Source of the DNA: Alphaproteobacteria bacterium
GTDB lineage: Bacteria; Pseudomonadota; Alphaproteobacteria; UBA8366; GCA-2717185
Assembly: GCA_028822585.1 (NCBI GenBank)
Contig: JAPKDL010000001.1
Location: forward strand, 65,407 to 129,406
Length of the DNA: 64,000 bases
Reading direction: 5' to 3'
Part shown: piece after piece, positions 36,397-46,205 of the stretch
How positions within the stretch are numbered: position 1 is the stretch's first letter
How the letters are laid out: every line of letters begins with the position of its first letter
Notes under the pieces: generated by a model
Databases searched by the model: none
Told to the model about the DNA's origin: nothing
Seen by the model: the letters and a program-made list of their open reading frames with translations, nothing else
Position numbers and translations under genes: made by a program

Positions 36397-37572
36397 ATGA
36401 CGTCTCGCGTTTCGCTACTTAGCAGCACGGCTATCGCCGCTGCGGCTCTTGTCTTCGCTGGAGCGCCTTCGTCGGCGGCCAGTCTCGACGCCCTTGAAAA
36501 GCGCGTAAAGGCGCTTGAAAAATCGGGCGCGGGCAAGTCGGTCTCACGTGCGAAGTCGACCATGAAGTTTAAGGTTAGCGGTCAAATCAACCGCGCTATT
36601 CAGATCGCCGATAATGGTCTCACCAGTGAAGTTCGCCACGTAACCAACACGAACTCCCAGAACAAGCTCCGCTTTTCGGGCACAGGCAAGCTCACCGACG
36701 ACCTGAAGATTCAAGCCTACGCCGAAATTGGCAACAACGACTCCGGCACGAGCAGCCAGACAATCCAATCCGCGGACGTGGGTGGCAACACGGGTTTCGG
36801 ATCCACGCGTTTCATGGAACTGCGCATCTCCAGCAAGTCCATGGGTAAATTGTATCTTGGCCATGGTGGTGATGCTACGGATGGAATTATCGCTGGTGGT
36901 AATCTCTCCGGTTTAGGCGTTGCGATGAGTGGCGGCGCTGACGAAGATCTGCATTTCGGAAGCGAATCGTTTGTTACCACCGGCGGTACAGTGGTTGGGG
37001 CGGTGAAATCGTTTAACGACGAATTTGATGGTACGCGTCAAGATCGTATTCGGTATGACACGCCCAGCTTTGGTGGGTTTAAGGTAATTGTGAGTCATGC
37101 GAATGATGACAAGGTTGCTGTTGGCCTAAAGTATGGCGGCAACTTTAACGGCGTTAAAGTCAAAGCTAATTTTGGCCTTGACCAAAATGAGGCAAATGCT
37201 GATCGCAATGTCACCAAAGGTTCACTTGGTGTCTTGCTTCCCATGGGCTTGAACTTCCAGTTTGCTGCTGGTGAAAAAGATCTTGATACTTCTGGTCGTA
37301 ATGACCCAACGATGAAGTACTATCGTGTCGGGTATCGTTTCAAAAATGCTGACATGGGTGAAACACGTATCGGTGTTTCCTTGCATGACAATGATGATCA
37401 AGCGGCGAATGGCGACTCATACCAATCTCTAAATTTTGCGGTTGTACAAGTCATCGAGCCACTGGGTGCGGAACTGTATGCCGGTTATAGCAATCTTAGT
37501 TTGACAAGGACGGCTACGGCTAATATCGAAGATATCGATGTTGTCACCGTTGGCCTCCGGGTGAATTTCTAA
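36397..37572 (+). CDS. Outer-membrane porin
   Basis: A signal peptide (AAAALVFAGAPSSAAS), a coiled N-terminal segment, alternating beta-strand-like composition rich in G/N/D/Y, and a C-terminal ...VGLRVNF with terminal Phe. GGAGA lies upstream of the ATG. Confidence 0.75.
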   Translation: MTSRVSLLSSTAIAAAALVFAGAPSSAASLDALEKRVKALEKSGAGKSVSRAKSTMKFKVSGQINRAIQIADNGLTSEVRHVTNTNSQNKLRFSGTGKLTDDLKIQAYAEIGNNDSGTSSQTIQSADVGGNTGFGSTRFMELRISSKSMGKLYLGHGGDATDGIIAGGNLSGLGVAMSGGADEDLHFGSESFVTTGGTVVGAVKSFNDEFDGTRQDRIRYDTPSFGGFKVIVSHANDDKVAVGLKYGGNFNGVKVKANFGLDQNEANADRNVTKGSLGVLLPMGLNFQFAAGEKDLDTSGRNDPTMKYYRVGYRFKNADMGETRIGVSLHDNDDQAANGDSYQSLNFAVVQVIEPLGAELYAGYSNLSLTRTATANIEDIDVVTVGLRVNF

Positions 37573-37593
37573 GATTGAGATAGCAGAAAAGTT

Positions 37594-37773
37594 ATGCGGA
37601 CTATCTGGTTGGTAGGGCTTATCTTGATCACCTTTGGTGTGACAGGTTGTCAAAAACTGAAGTATAAGACCTACCTTCCACCAGAATATCGTGGGGACGA
37701 CAGCGATCGAGACCCTAGTGTTCCTGGGTTACTTACTGGCAAGTCTGGTGAATACACGGTTTATGGAAAATAG
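37594..37773 (+). CDS. Small lipoprotein (59 aa)
   Basis: MRTIWLVGLILITFGVTGCQK carries the lipobox VTGC. It lies 21 nt after the porin stop and just upstream of a strong terminator. It is below the ORF-track cutoff. Confidence 0.55.
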   Translation: MRTIWLVGLILITFGVTGCQKLKYKTYLPPEYRGDDSDRDPSVPGLLTGKSGEYTVYGK

Positions 37774-37791
37774 ATCGCATAGTGAAATTAA

Positions 37792-37820
37792 GGCCAGCTC
37801 TTCGGAGCTGGCCTTTTTTT
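37792..37820. terminator. Rho-independent terminator, probably bidirectional
   Basis: GGCCAGCTC-TTCG-GAGCTGGCC followed by TTTTTTT. On the opposite strand the hairpin is followed by TTAATTT. It sits between the convergent genes ending at 37773 and 37909. Confidence 0.85.
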
Positions 37821-37908
37821 ATGCGTGTGAAATGTACAATAAATTTAGACGCCGACCCCCTCAGGACGCAAAACGAACAATAACGACAGGCAATGAAAAT
37901 TGATTGCG

Positions 37909-39981
37909 TCAGTCGCCTTCACGCCGCCATGCTGCAGCGGTTCCGCCGAGCGCGAGAAGCAGAACCAGAAAGGCGGGCAATAGCGATATCTTATCGACGC
38001 CGGTGACAATGTAATCGCCGTTCGCGATAAGCCCGATCCAATCTCGCCCCTGCGTCGGACGTCCTTTTGTGATTCTTCGCAGTTTGGGCTTATTTGTTGT
38101 TCCCGCCGCAGACAGCCACAGCAAGCCGCCACCGGTCGCCTTTGCGACGGGCCTCATAGTGCGATCTGTTGCGCGAATGTCTGCGAATTCCAATGAATTC
38201 AGTGACCCCGAATTCGTCATTGCCGTTTGGTCGCCGTCAGATATTTCGTATAGACCGGTTTGCGTGACGGGCACGTCTGCGCCCCATTCACCATCGCGGC
38301 GGCGGGTAAGCTTTATGGTTTTTCTCTGACCGTTCGGTGATTGCAGCGTGATGCTTTTGTTGTCATCGTCAATGTTCCGTCGAATGATTTCCAATGTGTC
38401 GCCGCGCATTTTGGCGCTTAGTTTATTTTCTTCGAGCTCAGGTTCTTTCATAAGCCAATGGGCGAGGCGTCGAAGTAGTTCGGCTTGTGGTCCACCGCCC
38501 TCAAAGCCCCGTGACCAAAGCCAAATATGATCACTGTTTAATTGTGCGACGCGGCCTTTACCGACCCGATCCAATATTAGTAACGGCTTGTTGTCGAGTC
38601 CCGCCATGACGACATGGCCACGTTTGGTGGTCACATCAATCTGACGAAACCACCGTCCCCATTCCGGCTTGGAGGATTCGTCTCCCACTAAGCCGGATGT
38701 CACCGGATGACGTCGTCCAACCGCGGTAATGGACGGTTTAAAGGGTTTTAATTGGACGTTGCCTGTCGGTTCGCCGGGTAATATGGCGCCCAGGGGGCTG
38801 TGGTATATGCTAAACGAGTCAGCGAATGCGGGCCCTGCCGCCTCCAGCAATGCGCCGCCACCTTTGATGTAGTCGACGACGTTTCCAAAATAACTGGATG
38901 GCAAAATGCCGCGAAGTTGGTAACGGTCCAGAATGACGAGATCGAAATCACCAATGCGAACTTCAAAGAGTTCCCGGATAGGAAAAGATATCAGCGATAA
39001 TTCATTGAGGGGCGTACCGTCATGTTTTTGGGGTGGGCGCAATATTGTGAAATGTATTAAATCGACGGATGGGTCTGATTTTAAAAGGTTCCGCCATGTC
39101 CGTTCTCCGGCGTGCGGTTGACCGGATATAAGCAATACGTTCAGTCGATCCCGGACGCCGTTGATGGAAACGACAGCGCTATTGTTGCGGCTACTTAATT
39201 CACCGGGCTTCGCGTCAATCGCCAATTCAAACATCGTTGCGCCAGCATGCTCCAGTGTGAACGGGGCCGTGAAATCTGCGCCAATCGGTGCCGAAATTTC
39301 TTGCTGTTCGCCACCATCGCGCCGAAGCGTCAAACGAACGTGTCCACTTTTCATGTTGGAATCTTCGATACGCAGCGTCATTTCCAGGGGTTTGCCGACG
39401 ATGCCAAAGCTTGGTGCTTTTTTAACCACTAATCGCCGGTCGTATTCATTGCGATGACCGGTCAGGAGCGTGTGAATTGGACCCGCCAGTTCATTCGGCG
39501 ATTTGGGAACGTCATGGATTTGACCATCGGTTATGACAACGGCGCCAGCGAATCGACGTTTAGGTATATCGCGCATCGTGTGGGCGAGGTCTGTGAATAT
39601 ATTGGTTCCGTCTGCGGCATCGGAGACCCCGTCATGCCGGACGCGCACCACACGGAGTTCCAGGGAATCCTTGTAGGCGGCGGCTTGGGTGATAATGAAC
39701 TGGAAGGCGCTGTTGAGCGCCGACAGTCGGTCGCCTGTCTGTTGACTCGGCGTTTCGTCCAAAACGACGACGCCAATATCCTTTAGGGGTTTACGCTGTT
39801 CTTCGACCAAGGCAGGGTTCAACAATGTTAGGATAAGAACGGCAAAAGTTAAAAACCGTAAGGACCAGCCCCGCGCCTGTGACCAAACCGCCAAGCCGGT
39901 ATACAAAAGCGCGGCACCGCTAAGTCCTAAAATCAGCTGCCAGGGTATAAGGGGCACGAATTCGATGCCGATCCAACTCAC
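37909..39981 (-). CDS. Large membrane-anchored protein of the MoxR/DUF58/DUF4159 cluster; function unknown
   Basis: 690 aa with N-terminal TM helices and a C-terminal TM anchor (ISLLPAFLVLLLALGG). The start overlaps the upstream gene stop (ATGA-type, 39978-39981). Confidence 0.7.
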   Translation of the reverse strand: MSWIGIEFVPLIPWQLILGLSGAALLYTGLAVWSQARGWSLRFLTFAVLILTLLNPALVEEQRKPLKDIGVVVLDETPSQQTGDRLSALNSAFQFIITQAAAYKDSLELRVVRVRHDGVSDAADGTNIFTDLAHTMRDIPKRRFAGAVVITDGQIHDVPKSPNELAGPIHTLLTGHRNEYDRRLVVKKAPSFGIVGKPLEMTLRIEDSNMKSGHVRLTLRRDGGEQQEISAPIGADFTAPFTLEHAGATMFELAIDAKPGELSSRNNSAVVSINGVRDRLNVLLISGQPHAGERTWRNLLKSDPSVDLIHFTILRPPQKHDGTPLNELSLISFPIRELFEVRIGDFDLVILDRYQLRGILPSSYFGNVVDYIKGGGALLEAAGPAFADSFSIYHSPLGAILPGEPTGNVQLKPFKPSITAVGRRHPVTSGLVGDESSKPEWGRWFRQIDVTTKRGHVVMAGLDNKPLLILDRVGKGRVAQLNSDHIWLWSRGFEGGGPQAELLRRLAHWLMKEPELEENKLSAKMRGDTLEIIRRNIDDDNKSITLQSPNGQRKTIKLTRRRDGEWGADVPVTQTGLYEISDGDQTAMTNSGSLNSLEFADIRATDRTMRPVAKATGGGLLWLSAAGTTNKPKLRRITKGRPTQGRDWIGLIANGDYIVTGVDKISLLPAFLVLLLALGGTAAAWRREGD

Positions 39982-42698
39982 TGTGTATCACCCAACCGTT
40001 CCAGGATCGCAGGGACATGGACCTGATCGGACTTATAATTGCCCGTCAACATGTACATCACGAGATTAATGCCAAATCGGTACGCCATTTCCCGTTGTTG
40101 TTCGCCGCCGGGCACCACGGGATGGGTGCGTTGACCGGTTGGGTCCATTGCCCAGGCGGCGGCCCAATCATTGCTGCCGACGATGATGCCGGAAACACCG
40201 TCGTTCAGTCGTTCGCCGGATCGTTCCACCCAGAGGCGACCCCCCGCCCAGCGGCCGGGAAAATCCTGAATAAGATAAAACGACTTCGTCAGAATGTGGT
40301 CGGGGGAAACCGGGACCATTGGAGGTATATCCAGCCCTACTGTCAGATTTCGCAGGTTGCGCCCCATATCACCTGAGAGGCTGCTGCCGTAAATTTGATT
40401 ACGCAAATCAAAAAATATGGTGCCGCCCCCGGCAACGTATTGATTCAGCCGCTGTATTGCTCGTCGGGATGGGCGGGGTTGGCTGTCGGTGATCGGCCAA
40501 TAGATCATGGGATAAAAAGACAGTTCATCGGATTCCAAATTGACGCCAACCGTAAAAGTGTTCTCCACCGTCGATCGGCGGTCCATAATGACGCTTAATC
40601 CGGATAGGCCATTATGGCTGATTTTATCCACTTCCTTATCGCCCGTTAGCACGAAGGCGAGGCTGGTGCGTTTTACGGCGTCCAGCGTTTCACCGGCATT
40701 AGATTGCTTGCTGGTGACGGCCATGGCGCCGAAGGCGACGGCCAGAAACAAGATTGACGTATGACGCCGCGTCCAGGATGGCGTCAGACCTCGTAGCGCC
40801 AGGGTTATGAAGGCGTCGATGATTAACAAGATAAACGCTGATACCAAAATCCAGGGTTTAAGATCGATTTCCCGCTCTTGCGCATAGGGTTCGCCGACAA
40901 TGCCCTGGGGCAGCGATCCCAAGGGCAGTAGTTTAAGGTGGGGTCCCAAATTCACAGCGCGCCGAACCGCTTCAAAACCGTATAAGCCCGGCGGGTGCGC
41001 GGGGCCGATATCGACATATCCATGTGCGGGAATGGCGTTCGTCGCAGCTGCGGGTTTTGTTGCGCGGCCGAAACCATCCAAAACCTCGACTGGGGGGAGG
41101 GGACGTTTCTTTCGATCTATGTCGCTGAGGCTTCCACTCATCGCGACGATCCGTTGCAGCATATCCACAAAGAGCCCCGAAAGCGGCAAGGTTGTCCAAG
41201 CTGCATTGGAGGTCGTATGCACCAAAACCAACCGACCGTCACCCAGCCGCGCCGCGGTCACCAGGGGCGTGCCATCGTTCAGGCGCGCCCAGGTTTTATC
41301 GTTCAGGTCCAGGGCCGGTTGCGCCAACACTTGTTTTGATACGGTGACGTCAGGCGGAATGGTCAAGTTGGCGAAAGGGCTGTCTTGATCGAACGGCGCC
41401 AATTGGGTCGGTTTAGTCCACAACATTGCGCCGCCAAGGGTCCGCCCGCCCCGACGCAGCGCCGTCGGTGCCAGCGTGTCGGTTTTGTTTTGCGCCATAC
41501 GGGGGCCGGCGAAACGCAGCACCATGCCGCCCTTCTTTATCCAGTTTCGCAGCTGTTCGGATTGCGTCGAATCAATAGGCGCGCTATCGGGGATGACGAT
41601 AACGGAGAGCGACATTTTCAACAGGGTTTCAAGCGGGCTGATCGTCACTTCGTTGAAAGGCGCCAGGCCGCGTTCAAGGTAATATGTCTGGGACAGCAAG
41701 GACGGGTTGTTATCGGCGCGTTGCGCAGACACAAGCCCAACGGGCCGCCGCCGCCAGCGTTCATCGGTTAAAATGACACTCGCCGCAGTTGGTTGGTTTT
41801 CCAATTCAAAACGCGCAATTTCGTTGCGTAACTCCAGGGGCATGTCGATCTTGACGGTCGCGTCTTGTTTGTCGTCCGGAAATGATACGGGTTCGTGCGC
41901 CAGTAACCGTCCGTCACTGGCGATCGCGCGCAGGTTAGATAGGGGGCCGCTATCCGCCGTTGATGCGCGGCTGACCGTGACTGTCAACTTGCCGCCCTTG
42001 CTGCTCGGTGCGCGCAGCACCAACGGAAGCGCCGTGGCATCAGGTGTCAGGACCCGAAGGGTCCCGCGCCGCTGCAGAGATTTGATGATGGGGTTGACGA
42101 ATTCATCGCCCAGGCCATCGTTCAGCCAAATCGTGGCTGCCGGTCCCTGGAAGCTCAGGCCTTGAACAGCAGTCAACGCCGCGGCGCGATGGGTTGGCCA
42201 CGGCTTTGGCGTCATGGCAGCTGCGAAAATGCGCGCTTCGGATGCACGCAATTGGCCGGTGGCTGCCGGTAGCCGTCCATCCAATTGAGGCGCGGTGGGA
42301 ATTAGGACAACCGGGCGGTTTTTGCGGTCTGCCTGATCTATGAATTGTTGCAACACCCCCTGTCGCGTGGACCAGTGATGCGCCGCCGCCCAACCGTCAT
42401 CAACAATCAGAATCAACGGACCCTGGCCCCTCAATTCCTTGTTTGGGGTCAATAAGGGGTGGGCCAGTGCGACAATCAGTAAGGCGGCGGCGAGCAATCG
42501 AAGCAGCACCAGCCACAAGGGCGATGCGGCGGGTGTTTCTTCAGGGACGCGAACGCCCATTAAAATCCGGATCGCTGGAAATGGAATTAGTTTGGCTGCT
42601 GGCGGTGTTATGCGTAGGAGCCACCAAAGTATGGGCAGAATCAAAAGTGCTCCCAGAACCCAGGGGGACGTAAAGCCCAGGAGACCGAGGTTCAACAT
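39978..42698 (-). CDS. Membrane protein with an N-terminal double-TM (BatA-N-like) domain and a C-terminal DUF4159-like domain
   Basis: The start was trimmed to ATG 42698 (MLNLGLLGFTSPWVLGALLILPILWWLLR), 2 nt after the DUF58 stop. The C-terminus has FYPMIYWPI...GGGTIFFD...SNDWAAAWA...YRFGINLVMYMLTGNYKSDQVHVPAILERLG. Confidence 0.75.
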   Translation of the reverse strand: MLNLGLLGFTSPWVLGALLILPILWWLLRITPPAAKLIPFPAIRILMGVRVPEETPAASPLWLVLLRLLAAALLIVALAHPLLTPNKELRGQGPLILIVDDGWAAAHHWSTRQGVLQQFIDQADRKNRPVVLIPTAPQLDGRLPAATGQLRASEARIFAAAMTPKPWPTHRAAALTAVQGLSFQGPAATIWLNDGLGDEFVNPIIKSLQRRGTLRVLTPDATALPLVLRAPSSKGGKLTVTVSRASTADSGPLSNLRAIASDGRLLAHEPVSFPDDKQDATVKIDMPLELRNEIARFELENQPTAASVILTDERWRRRPVGLVSAQRADNNPSLLSQTYYLERGLAPFNEVTISPLETLLKMSLSVIVIPDSAPIDSTQSEQLRNWIKKGGMVLRFAGPRMAQNKTDTLAPTALRRGGRTLGGAMLWTKPTQLAPFDQDSPFANLTIPPDVTVSKQVLAQPALDLNDKTWARLNDGTPLVTAARLGDGRLVLVHTTSNAAWTTLPLSGLFVDMLQRIVAMSGSLSDIDRKKRPLPPVEVLDGFGRATKPAAATNAIPAHGYVDIGPAHPPGLYGFEAVRRAVNLGPHLKLLPLGSLPQGIVGEPYAQEREIDLKPWILVSAFILLIIDAFITLALRGLTPSWTRRHTSILFLAVAFGAMAVTSKQSNAGETLDAVKRTSLAFVLTGDKEVDKISHNGLSGLSVIMDRRSTVENTFTVGVNLESDELSFYPMIYWPITDSQPRPSRRAIQRLNQYVAGGGTIFFDLRNQIYGSSLSGDMGRNLRNLTVGLDIPPMVPVSPDHILTKSFYLIQDFPGRWAGGRLWVERSGERLNDGVSGIIVGSNDWAAAWAMDPTGQRTHPVVPGGEQQREMAYRFGINLVMYMLTGNYKSDQVHVPAILERLGDTQ

Positions 42699-42700
42699 TG

Positions 42701-43588
42701 CTATTGGCGGTTGGTTTGCGGTGAAAGCGCTGCATAAAGCGCCAGGAGAACAGATTCGGGTGAATTGTCGGTGCGGTGGGTTAAAAACCCCCACCCGGCG
42801 CGCCGGGTGATATCACGCAAAGTGTCGCGATGATCGGCCAATCGATTCCGATAGGCGGCGCGCGCTGATTGGGCGCGCCCCAGCAGATACTCGCCTTCCG
42901 CTTCCATACCCTGAAAGCGGACCCGCCCGGTGAACGGCAGCGTTTCTTCCGCCGGGTCGAGTATTTGCACTATCTGACCCGATGCGCCGCGCGTGGCGAA
43001 TTGTGCAATTGTGTCGTTAATTTCCTCTAAAGGCGACAGGCAGTCCGTAAAGATTAGTATTTGTGCGTAACGCGGCAAAGGTTGGAACGCAGGTAGGCTT
43101 TTATCCGTGTTTTCCTGCTCTAACAATGATTCCGCCAGGCGGTCATAGGCGCTTCGACCGGATCGTGCGGAGACGCCGCTGCCCAGTAACGTAAAGCGTT
43201 CACCCGCTTGCACTAATAAATATGCGGTGGCCAGCAGCAAGAGTGCGGCGCGGGATGCTTTGGTGGGAAGGCTTGGCGTGGATACGTAATGCATGGAGGG
43301 GGAGGCGTCACACCATAACCACATGGTTTGCGCCGCTTCCCATTCCGATTCGCGGACATAAAGACGGCGGGATTTTGCTGATTGGCGCCAATCGATGGCG
43401 GATGCGGTGTCGCCTGTTTCATGGCGCCGGAATTGCCAAAAAGTTTCTCCCTGACCGACTCGGCGTCGACCGTGCACGCCTTGTGACACCGTTGACGCCA
43501 CTCTTTGTGCGGCAATTAACAATGCGGGCAACTGGGCGGCGATGGTTTCGGCATGGATCTTTATGTCCAACGCCGGATCTTCAGTCAT
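42701..43588 (-). CDS. DUF58 domain protein (vWA-like, MoxR partner)
   Basis: GVHGRRRVGQGETFWQFRRHETGDTASAIDWRQSAK...LYVRESEWE is the typical DUF58 core. Confidence 0.85.
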   Translation of the reverse strand: MTEDPALDIKIHAETIAAQLPALLIAAQRVASTVSQGVHGRRRVGQGETFWQFRRHETGDTASAIDWRQSAKSRRLYVRESEWEAAQTMWLWCDASPSMHYVSTPSLPTKASRAALLLLATAYLLVQAGERFTLLGSGVSARSGRSAYDRLAESLLEQENTDKSLPAFQPLPRYAQILIFTDCLSPLEEINDTIAQFATRGASGQIVQILDPAEETLPFTGRVRFQGMEAEGEYLLGRAQSARAAYRNRLADHRDTLRDITRRAGWGFLTHRTDNSPESVLLALYAALSPQTNRQ

Positions 43589-43641
43589 CTTGGATTACGG
43601 GTTGTTTATAGGGGCCGCGGCGCTGGGTCATCATAGGCGCG

Positions 43642-44724
43642 TCATCGTAGGGGGTCGCAAAGACTGTCGATGATCATATCTATTGTTGTCCCTTCGGTCC
43701 GGGCGATAAAATTCAGCGCCATACGATGTCGCAAAACGGGTTTCGCCAGCGCCAGAACATCATCGACGGATGGGGATAGTCGACCTTCCAACAAGGCGCG
43801 CGCGCGGCTGGCTAACATAAGCGCCTGACTGGCGCGTGGGCCAGGTCCCCAGGAGACGTTTTCGATGACAGCGCTGATATCGCTGGTTTCCGGGCGCCCG
43901 GCGCGCACGATGTGGAGTATGGCGTCCACAACGCTTTCGCCGACTGGAATTTTGCGCACTAATTTTTGGGCTGCGATCAATTTGGCGTCATTGAACACTG
44001 TTTCGACATGATCTTCGTTGACGCCTGTCGTCGCCAGCATCATGTGACGTTCGGCCGTGTCATCAGGGTAGCCCACGTCAATTTGCATCAGGAACCGGTC
44101 AAGCTGCGCTTCAGGAAGTGGATAAGTGCCTTCTTGCTCCAAAGGATTCTGCGTCGCCAAGACGTGGAATGGTTTCGGCAAGGGATGATACGCGCCCGCG
44201 ATGGAGACCCGTCCTTCCTGCATGGCCTGCAACAACGCCGATTGGGTTCGGGGACTGGCGCGATTTATTTCATCGGCCATTAAGAGTTGACAGAACACCG
44301 GACCTTTTAGAAAGCGAAACGATCGTGCACCATCGTCAGACTCTTCCAGAACTTCGGACCCTAAAATGTCGGCGGGCATTAAATCTGGTGTGAATTGGAC
44401 GCGACCATCGTCCAAGCCCAGAACCTGACCTAGTGTTTCAACCAGCCGGGTCTTACCAAGACCGGGAACGCCAATCAACAGTGCGTGTCCGCCTGACAAC
44501 AAGGTGATGAGGCTGAGATCGACAATATGAGCTTGCCCGAAGATGACCCGTCCGACGCTTTCACGCGCGCGCGCTAACAGATGACCAAGCTTTTCGATTT
44601 CGTTCAGAATACCCGAATCGTCCGGCGCAGTTGCTGGATCGTTCTCCAATGTGTCCAATCCTTTCCTCCCGAGTGTTGCATGACCCGATGCTAATTGTAA
44701 GGATGGTGGCGTGAGGTATTCCAC
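43642..44724 (-). CDS. MoxR-family AAA+ ATPase
   Basis: Walker A GVPGLGKT, RVQFTPDLMPADILG, Walker B LMADEINRA and VLATQNPLEQEGTYPLPEAQLDRF. The start is uncertain: ATG 44724, or possibly the TTG near 44658. Confidence 0.9.
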   Translation of the reverse strand: MEYLTPPSLQLASGHATLGRKGLDTLENDPATAPDDSGILNEIEKLGHLLARARESVGRVIFGQAHIVDLSLITLLSGGHALLIGVPGLGKTRLVETLGQVLGLDDGRVQFTPDLMPADILGSEVLEESDDGARSFRFLKGPVFCQLLMADEINRASPRTQSALLQAMQEGRVSIAGAYHPLPKPFHVLATQNPLEQEGTYPLPEAQLDRFLMQIDVGYPDDTAERHMMLATTGVNEDHVETVFNDAKLIAAQKLVRKIPVGESVVDAILHIVRAGRPETSDISAVIENVSWGPGPRASQALMLASRARALLEGRLSPSVDDVLALAKPVLRHRMALNFIARTEGTTIDMIIDSLCDPLR

Positions 44725-44755
44725 GCAAGCCTGGAATGATGGTAATCTTGGAAAA

Positions 44756-45289
44756 ATGAACGAAAATGACCTGACATCGATTGATCAAATTGCGACAGCG
44801 CGCGCTGCGGGCGTCGGCGCGCCTGGAACGTCCGATTTTGACATTCGAATTGCCCGGGATGGCGCGTGGTTTTATCGTGGGACACCGATAAACCGAAAAC
44901 CACTCGTAAAATTGTTTTCAACGGTTCTTCGGTGTGACGGTGATGGCGTATTCTGGCTGCAAACCCCGGTGGAGCGGGGGCGAATCATTGTCGAAGACGC
45001 GCCGTTTACAGCGGTGGAGGTGAATGCCGTAGGCGCCGGTAAGGATCAGGTAGTGACCTTTCGCACGAATTTGGATGTTATGGTGACGGTTGACGGTGAC
45101 CACCCTATTTTTGTGACATTTGACTCGAAAACCGATGAACCCTCCCCATATGTCACAGTACGCGACAACCTTAATGCGCTGATTCTGCGTGCGGTGTTCT
45201 ATGAACTCGTAGAATTGGCGGAAGAATGCGACGGCGTTTTAGGCGTTTGGAGCCAAGGCGCATTTTATCGGCTAGGATCTGTGGAGTAG
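44756..45289 (+). CDS. DUF1285 domain protein
   Basis: FDIRIARDGAWFYRGTPINRKPLVKLFSTVLRCDGDGVFWLQTPVERGRIIVEDAPFTAVE matches my recollection of this conserved alphaproteobacterial family. The start was trimmed to ATG 44756. Confidence 0.75.
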   Translation: MNENDLTSIDQIATARAAGVGAPGTSDFDIRIARDGAWFYRGTPINRKPLVKLFSTVLRCDGDGVFWLQTPVERGRIIVEDAPFTAVEVNAVGAGKDQVVTFRTNLDVMVTVDGDHPIFVTFDSKTDEPSPYVTVRDNLNALILRAVFYELVELAEECDGVLGVWSQGAFYRLGSVE

Positions 45290-45297
45290 GAGGCGTT

Positions 45298-45924
45298 TTG
45301 GACCGGCAACTTATATCGACGAGAATTCGGGAAGACGAGGCCCGTCGCGCGCGGGACGTGGTTGTCCCTCGACCAGCTTCATTGGGCGGCGACCACAGCT
45401 TAAACCCATCCATGATGCCAGGCGCAGATTTAATTCCAGCCGCCGTCCTGGTTCCGCTGGTGGACCGTCCCGAAGGCATGACAGTTCTACTGACGCAGCG
45501 CACCGACCATTTGCACGATCACGCCGGGCAGGTTAGTTTTCCTGGCGGGCGGGTTGAGCTTGATGATGTAAGCCACGAAGCGGCGGCGTTACGGGAAACG
45601 GAAGAAGAAGTTGGGCTGAAATCGGACCGGGTCGAATTGGTTGGACGGTTGGACTATTATATTGTGCGTTCAGGGTACAAAGTGACGCCCGTCGTTGGTT
45701 TCGTTCGACCGCCCTTCGAAATCAAACCGGACCCCTTTGAAGTGGCGGACGTGTTCGAGGTGCCGTTGTCCTTTTTGATGGACACGGAAAACCATCGTCT
45801 GGCGACCCATATGGAAAAGGGCGAGGAACGTTCGTACTATGAAATGCCCTACAATGGGTTTCATATTTGGGGTGCTACAGCGGGAATGCTGGTTAATTTA
45901 TCAACGGTGTTGAACGTCTTATGA
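45298..45924 (+). CDS. NUDIX hydrolase, CoA pyrophosphatase type
   Basis: The Nudix box is GGRVELDDVSHEAAALRETEEEVGL, and the upstream HAGQVSFPGG is typical of NudL-like CoA pyrophosphatases. The start is placed at TTG 45298, just after the DUF1285 stop, and remains uncertain. Confidence 0.8.
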   Translation: MDRQLISTRIREDEARRARDVVVPRPASLGGDHSLNPSMMPGADLIPAAVLVPLVDRPEGMTVLLTQRTDHLHDHAGQVSFPGGRVELDDVSHEAAALRETEEEVGLKSDRVELVGRLDYYIVRSGYKVTPVVGFVRPPFEIKPDPFEVADVFEVPLSFLMDTENHRLATHMEKGEERSYYEMPYNGFHIWGATAGMLVNLSTVLNVL

Positions 45925-46202
45925 TTCGCAAACTGTTAACAATTGGCCTTCCTTTAGCGGCGCCCTTTATCATTTATTTGATTTGGTGGTGGGCTGCCAA
46001 GCGTAAAACATTGGCGGATATCGATGGCCGAAAACTGCCGGCGTGGCAGGAGCTTCCGTGGGCGTGGTTAATCATATCCAGTTGTGGGTTTCTGGCTATT
46101 ACATTGATTTCATTGGCGACACTGGGCATTGAAGGGGCTGACCGTGATTACGTTCCGCCACAATTCCGGGATGGAAAAATCGTACCTGGCCGTTTGGATT
46201 AA
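45921..46202 (+). CDS. Small membrane protein (two predicted TM helices)
   Basis: 93 aa with two hydrophobic segments. The ATGA overlap with the NUDIX gene stop suggests coupling. Confidence 0.55.
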   Translation: MIRKLLTIGLPLAAPFIIYLIWWWAAKRKTLADIDGRKLPAWQELPWAWLIISSCGFLAITLISLATLGIEGADRDYVPPQFRDGKIVPGRLD

Positions 46203-46205
46203 TCC

